Below, one piece after another: positions 58,708 through 64,000 of a stretch of 64,000 bases of DNA. Numbering within the stretch: position 1 is the first letter of the stretch; every line of letters starts with the position of its first letter. The stretch covers positions 5,135 to 69,134 of the forward strand of contig JAUZPB010000006.1 of NCBI GenBank assembly GCA_030706145.1. The letters are read 5' to 3'. The translations under genes were made by a program, and so were the position numbers. Source of the stretch: Bacteroidota bacterium (lineage in GTDB: Bacteria > Bacteroidota > Ignavibacteria > Ignavibacteriales > SURF-24). The notes under the pieces are model-generated. The model was not told where the DNA came from. It was given only the letters and a program-made list of their open reading frames with translations, and did no database searches.

Positions 58708-60592
58708 TAATTCCCAGGATAGTGAAAAGCCATTTTTGCAAAATCCTAAAAGATTTAACTCAATCAAAGATTTTAAGTCTCTTGAAGAGTTCCCTGACAC
58801 AAAGTCTATGGCTATTGCTGATTGCAGCGGGAATATTATCTATGCAAATCATTCCTTTGAATTATCCTTTCATCTAAAGGAAGGGGATAATTTTGGCACT
58901 TTCGAGTCTGAACCCAATATAAATTCTTTAATTGAAGGCCTCTCGCTTAGCAAGTATAGCAGCTTCCATTGTGACCTTTTTTATTTTCGCAATACTTCTG
59001 GTGCTAGTCCAAATTTTTATGTCGAAGTTGAAAGAATCCTTGTAAATGAATCTGACTTTTTTGTCTTTATCTTCTCTTCTCTTGAAGAAAGACAGAAACT
59101 TGAAAGTAAAATCAATACGCTCCACAATGCTTTGGAGTTCGGTAATGTCCCGGTAATTATAACTGATTCTGATGGCAGGATAACATACTCGACAAAATCT
59201 TTTGAAAAGATACTTAATACTACAATTGAATTTCTTTATAGCAGAAATATAATCGATGTTCTCTCTAATATACTAGATCATCCTGACCTCGAAGACCTTC
59301 GAGTAAAAATTGCTGGTTATGAAAAATGTACAAAAGTCGTCTCCGATATTAATGACGATGGGAGCTTATCTTACATAGAACTGACTATTAATCCCGTAAA
59401 AAGAGATGATGTTGCTGCAGAAGCAATGAACTTTATTATTACAGCAAACGACATCACTAATTACGTGCAGAAAAACAGGATCATCAAACGTTCAGAGGAA
59501 AGACAAAAATCAATTATTAATAATATTTCTGACCTACTTTTGATTGTCCGGAGTGAAAAGGGAAATCTATACTTCGAAAATGCAAATGATAACTTCTATG
59601 AGGTATTTTCTCTAAAAAGAGAAAAAGCTATGGAGAAAAACATAGAAGACATTTTTGATAAACATTTCCACCTGATACTTACCCAGGCAATAAATAATCT
59701 AACCAAGTTTAAGAATGCATACCAGGAATTCAGATATAAGAACTATATTATTGACCGCGAATATCTTGGCTCCATTACTTTTACTGATGACCATTATGAA
59801 GAGCAGAGGATCTTCATTATAAGCCTTAAGGATATTACCGAGCAGCTGATCAACGATGAAAAGCTGAGAAAGGCTTATCAGAAGGAAACTCACGTAAACA
59901 AACTGAAAAGTTCATTCCTTGCAAATATGTCTCATGAGATACGTACTCCACTTAATGCTATTGTAGGTTACTCAGAGCTCATTGAAGATGATGTGAAATC
60001 TGGAAGTATTGATTCAGCAATAGAATTTTTCCCCTACCTGAAAGAAGGCTTTAATAGACTTTTAAGCCTGGTAGATAACATCCTGGAAGTATCCTTGATA
60101 CAATCGGGCGAGACTGAATTAGATATTGTCTCAACAAATGTAGCTTCAGTCCTTAAAGCTGTTTACCGCAATATGATGCATTTTGCATTAGATAAAACTA
60201 TGATCTTCGATATTGACATAGAGGATGAAGAGCTTTCAATTAAAGCTGACAGAATAAAACTTGAGAAAATTGTAAACGTTCTTGTCGATAATGCCATTAA
60301 GTATACAGATCGTAATGGAAAAGTTAAACTAAAATGCTACTATGATGAAACAGCAAAAATAACAATATCTGATACGGGAAAGGGCATTGCTCAGGAAAAT
60401 CTTACCCGTATGTTCGAGCCTTTTGCACAGGAAGATGAAGGACATACAAGAAAATATGAAGGTGCAGGTCTTGGACTGACAATTGCTTATAATCTGACTA
60501 AACTCATGGGAGGAGAGTTAATTGTAGATAGCATTATAAATGAGGGCACTATCATCACTCTGAGCTTCCCGTGCAGCCTTCCAGCTAATTAA
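58700..60592 (+). CDS. Cytoplasmic multi-PAS sensor histidine kinase
   Basis: About 3 PAS repeats, FLANMSHEIRTPL, NAIKYT, DTGKG and GAGLGL. Confidence 0.92.
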   Translation: MSSNSQDSEKPFLQNPKRFNSIKDFKSLEEFPDTKSMAIADCSGNIIYANHSFELSFHLKEGDNFGTFESEPNINSLIEGLSLSKYSSFHCDLFYFRNTSGASPNFYVEVERILVNESDFFVFIFSSLEERQKLESKINTLHNALEFGNVPVIITDSDGRITYSTKSFEKILNTTIEFLYSRNIIDVLSNILDHPDLEDLRVKIAGYEKCTKVVSDINDDGSLSYIELTINPVKRDDVAAEAMNFIITANDITNYVQKNRIIKRSEERQKSIINNISDLLLIVRSEKGNLYFENANDNFYEVFSLKREKAMEKNIEDIFDKHFHLILTQAINNLTKFKNAYQEFRYKNYIIDREYLGSITFTDDHYEEQRIFIISLKDITEQLINDEKLRKAYQKETHVNKLKSSFLANMSHEIRTPLNAIVGYSELIEDDVKSGSIDSAIEFFPYLKEGFNRLLSLVDNILEVSLIQSGETELDIVSTNVASVLKAVYRNMMHFALDKTMIFDIDIEDEELSIKADRIKLEKIVNVLVDNAIKYTDRNGKVKLKCYYDETAKITISDTGKGIAQENLTRMFEPFAQEDEGHTRKYEGAGLGLTIAYNLTKLMGGELIVDSIINEGTIITLSFPCSLPAN

Positions 60593-60726
60593 AATATATC
60601 CTGTTCCAAAGCGCCCCAAGTCAAGAAGTTATAATAACTTATATTTCCTCTTCTTAATTCAAATAGTCCTTTCCTTTCAAATCATATTTATTTAATTTTT
60701 CGGATCAAATAAGAAAGAAGTTGCAC

Positions 60727-63597
60727 ATGAAATTTAGATATTTACTTTTTTTATTGGTTGCTTTTTCCTTCAGCAACTTACATTCACAAGATACAACGCA
60801 GACATTTCTGGACCTAAAACCTACAGGTGTTGAAGACTTTTTAAATAAATACCCTAAGTATGATGGCCGGGGTACAATTATTCTTATACTCGATACTGGT
60901 GTGGATATGGGCATTGATGGCCTAAAAACGACTCCTTTAGGCCAGACAAAAATGATCGATGTCAGGGATTTTACTGGTCAGGGGGATATTGAATTATTTG
61001 ATACAAAACTTAAAAATGAGCAGAATGAAGTTGTTTTGGCTGATGCCCTTGGAAAAAATGGAACAGGGGAAATTACTATTACTAACGATGAGCATAAGCT
61101 CTCTATAAAAGGCATTAATAAACTCTCACTTAAAGCTGCAGATGATAAATATTATATAGGAAATTTCGACGAAAACAGGTTCAAAAATTCTAATTCACTC
61201 GTTCGCGACCTTAATTCTAACGGGAAATTTGATGATAATTTCATAGTCGTTGCCTTTAAGGTATCAAAAGGGGGAGAAGAGTACTGGGTCGCTTATTTTG
61301 ATACTAATTCTGATGGAAGTATTGCAGATGAAAAGCCTGTACGCAGCTACCAGGAAAAATATGATACTTTCCAGATTGCTACTTCTGCAAAAATTGCTCC
61401 TTTTAACTTTGCAATTAATATTTTCCCCGGACAAAAGAAGATTAGCCTCTTTTATGATGACGGTGGGCATGGTACACATGTTGCCGGCATTGCAGGTGGA
61501 TATCAGATAGGAAAAGAAAAACATTTTAACGGTGTTGCTCCAGGATCAAGACTTATTGCACTTAAAATAGGCCATAATACTATGTCTGGTGGTGCAACTG
61601 TAACTGAAAGTATGAAAAGGGCATTCTTGTATGCTGACTCTCTTTCTAAAAAACTTGATGAACCCTGCATTATTAATATGAGTTTTGGTATTGGCAGCGT
61701 AATTGAAGGCTATTCAGATATGGAGCTATTCCTTCAGGACCTGTTAAGGAAAAACCCTTATTTATATGTATGTGTTTCAAATGGCAATAATGGACCCGGA
61801 ATTTCAACTGCAGGACTTCCTGCTTCAGGAAAATATGTCTTTTCATCTGGCGCTGTCCTTACTAATGCAGTAGCGCGCGATGTCTATGGTGCAGAGATTG
61901 GTGAGGATATTGTGCTGCATTTTAGCTCAAGAGGTGGTGAGGTACCAAAACCTGATGTCGTTTCCCCTGGAGCCTGTGTATCTACTGTTACGAATTGGTC
62001 CACAAATGACAGAATGTGGGGTACAAGCATGGCTTCTCCATATACAACGGGCGTCGTTTCTTTGCTTATGAGTGCTGTTAGCCAGAAATATCCTGGAATA
62101 AAGATTCCCTCTCAACTTCTTTTTAAGGCAATCCGTCAGGGCGCCGTAAAACTTAAAGATTACAATTATCTCGATCAGGGAGCAGGTTACATTAATGTTT
62201 TGAATGCATACAGCGTACTTGAAAAATATATTAAAGACAAAGAATATATGGACTATGTTGACTATACCGTCAGCGCTTATGTACCATCTATGCCTAATAA
62301 CAGAGCTCCTAACCTTTATTTTAGAAACGGATTAGTAATAAATAAAGAAGACAGCTTTAACTTTTTTATTTCAAAGGTTAACGCTCTTCAAAGTGATAAG
62401 TTCTACCGCATCTACAACCTTAAGAGCGATTGCGACTGGCTGCTTCCTGTACAGAAAAAAACTTATTTAAGAAACCAGCAGGGTGCTAACGTTTCAGTTC
62501 GTTTTGACAAAAGCAAAATGACCGAACCTGGCCTATATTCCGGAAAGATCACTGCTTACCGTGATGACAACAAGACAAAATTCCCTGAATTTGAACTTCA
62601 GGCCTCTGTAATTATTCCCTACGAGTTTACTAGAAGTAACAACTATAGCATGAGCTGGGAAAATGAAAAACTAATGCCCGGAAAACATAAAAGGTATTTT
62701 ATTCATGTTCCCCAGGGTGCAAGTGCAATGATAGTTAAGATGAATACTCCAAAAAAGGGGTATTCTCAGGTCATCTACAGACTCTTTGATCAAGATGGAG
62801 TCAATACTTATACTTCATCTCTTCTTTCATCAAATAATAAAGAGGTAGAATCCATTGTAAGTCATCAGGACCTTAAACCTGGAGTTTATGAGTTAGTTGT
62901 ACACGGATATTTTATGGCAAAGGAACTCTCTAACTATAACTTGTCGGTCGAATTTACAGGCGTTAAAGCTGTAGGCGAAGATGCCATAGTTGACGCTAAA
63001 ACTAAATCAATTAAGATCAGTAATTCTCTCGACCAGGTAAAGAGTTATCAGCTTAGCGGAAGACTCCTTGGATATCAAAAGAACTTTCAGGCCGAATTTT
63101 CTTCTACTGATAAATACTCTTATGACTTTGTCATAAGAAAGGGAGAAAGCCTTAAGCAGTTTGAAGTAAATACAACTAAAGAAGACTTCAATAAGCTTAC
63201 AGATCTATCTCTTCTGGTTTATGATGAATCAGGAAAAGCGATCTTAAAAGATGGCCTTAATTATCCTAATGGTGTAATTAGCATTCAAAATACATTTGGT
63301 AATGCCGATAGCACAACACTGAGATTGGTAATAGTTCCTGCCTTTGCACTAAAGGCAGGTAACGCTACAATAAACGTTAAAGAAATCACCGAGATGACTA
63401 CCCCGGCTGAATTTGAAGTTGAATCAAATCATTCTGACCAGGTTGAGTGGTACCCGGAGGTTGAAAAAAGAATTCGCCTTGGAATAGTGAAACCTGAATA
63501 CTATTATCCATCAGGTTCATGTCCTTATGGAAAGTTATATCTCAAATCTATAAAAGATGAGAGAGTTGAATTAGAAATACCATTTTTGATAAAATAA
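60727..63597 (+). CDS. Secreted S8 subtilase, tripeptidyl-peptidase II-like
   Basis: Signal peptide, YPKYDGRG..I.ILDTGVD, HGTHVAGI and GTSMASP, with a long D-H insert. Confidence 0.88.
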   Translation: MKFRYLLFLLVAFSFSNLHSQDTTQTFLDLKPTGVEDFLNKYPKYDGRGTIILILDTGVDMGIDGLKTTPLGQTKMIDVRDFTGQGDIELFDTKLKNEQNEVVLADALGKNGTGEITITNDEHKLSIKGINKLSLKAADDKYYIGNFDENRFKNSNSLVRDLNSNGKFDDNFIVVAFKVSKGGEEYWVAYFDTNSDGSIADEKPVRSYQEKYDTFQIATSAKIAPFNFAINIFPGQKKISLFYDDGGHGTHVAGIAGGYQIGKEKHFNGVAPGSRLIALKIGHNTMSGGATVTESMKRAFLYADSLSKKLDEPCIINMSFGIGSVIEGYSDMELFLQDLLRKNPYLYVCVSNGNNGPGISTAGLPASGKYVFSSGAVLTNAVARDVYGAEIGEDIVLHFSSRGGEVPKPDVVSPGACVSTVTNWSTNDRMWGTSMASPYTTGVVSLLMSAVSQKYPGIKIPSQLLFKAIRQGAVKLKDYNYLDQGAGYINVLNAYSVLEKYIKDKEYMDYVDYTVSAYVPSMPNNRAPNLYFRNGLVINKEDSFNFFISKVNALQSDKFYRIYNLKSDCDWLLPVQKKTYLRNQQGANVSVRFDKSKMTEPGLYSGKITAYRDDNKTKFPEFELQASVIIPYEFTRSNNYSMSWENEKLMPGKHKRYFIHVPQGASAMIVKMNTPKKGYSQVIYRLFDQDGVNTYTSSLLSSNNKEVESIVSHQDLKPGVYELVVHGYFMAKELSNYNLSVEFTGVKAVGEDAIVDAKTKSIKISNSLDQVKSYQLSGRLLGYQKNFQAEFSSTDKYSYDFVIRKGESLKQFEVNTTKEDFNKLTDLSLLVYDESGKAILKDGLNYPNGVISIQNTFGNADSTTLRLVIVPAFALKAGNATINVKEITEMTTPAEFEVESNHSDQVEWYPEVEKRIRLGIVKPEYYYPSGSCPYGKLYLKSIKDERVELEIPFLIK

Positions 63598-63617
63598 AAA
63601 AGGAGAAGAACAAGAAT

Positions 63618-64000
63618 ATGAGCGCTGAACCTGTACCAAAAACAAATGGTGGATTACCTTCAAATGCTTATACTGAATTAAAACCGGGTGAAGAATATGT
63701 CCCGGTAATGTTCCCTACAAAAACTTTTCCTGAGGTTACACTCTGGTCTGTATGCTGGGGACTTATAATGTCTGCTATCTTTTCAGCTGCTGCTGCATAT
63801 CTTGGATTAAAGATAGGGCAGGTCTTTGAAGCAGCAATACCAATTGCAATTATTGCCGTTGGACTTTCGACTGTATTTAAGAGGAAAAACGCTCTTGGCG
63901 AAAATGTGATTATTCAGTCCATTGGCGCTAGCTCGGGCGTTATTGTTGCGGGTGCGGTCTTTACAATTCCTGCACTTTACATATTAAACCTGCACGTCCA
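63618..64000 (+). CDS. OPT-family oligopeptide transporter (3' end outside the window)
   Basis: AGGAG RBS. Translates MSAEP...EVT.....G...AAAAYLGLKIGQVFEAAIPIAII...ENVIIQSIG. Confidence 0.9.
   Translation, partial: MSAEPVPKTNGGLPSNAYTELKPGEEYVPVMFPTKTFPEVTLWSVCWGLIMSAIFSAAAAYLGLKIGQVFEAAIPIAIIAVGLSTVFKRKNALGENVIIQSIGASSGVIVAGAVFTIPALYILNLHV

Overview
This AT-rich bacterial window is most consistent with Ignavibacteriota (inference from T9SS C-terminal 'QNYPNPFNP' sorting domains plus a full flagellar cluster). Left to right: (1) a TolC/MFP/RND efflux operon; (2) a ~12 kb accessory region (about 5.6-17.9 kb) ending at the 3' end of tRNA-Arg(CCT), with three toxin-antitoxin pairs, secreted and lipoprotein genes and a duplicated SnoaL-like gene. 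This region is divided by three degenerate repeats, each made of a tRNA-terminator-like hairpin, the tRNA 3'-end core and a conserved ~25-codon arm. No integrase is present, so it reads as a tRNA-anchored array of non-autonomous cassettes. (3) eno, glnA, an orphan hairpin and an unassigned three-gene membrane-motor-like operon; (4) a sigma54-driven redox locus with two GcvH-like proteins, a 4x[4Fe-4S] protein, an NrfD/HybB-like membrane subunit, a tetraheme cytochrome c, a heme-c sensor kinase, an NtrC-type activator and an archaemetzincin; (5) a sigma54-driven flagellar operon (short fliA, two HDOD proteins, a pseudokinase, fliK-like, flgFGAHIJNKL, two motAB sets, fliW-csrA, phosphorelay proteins); (6) a sigma28-driven PAS kinase unit, a TPP II-like S8 peptidase and a partial OPT transporter. 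All calls come from reading motifs by eye; no database searches were run.
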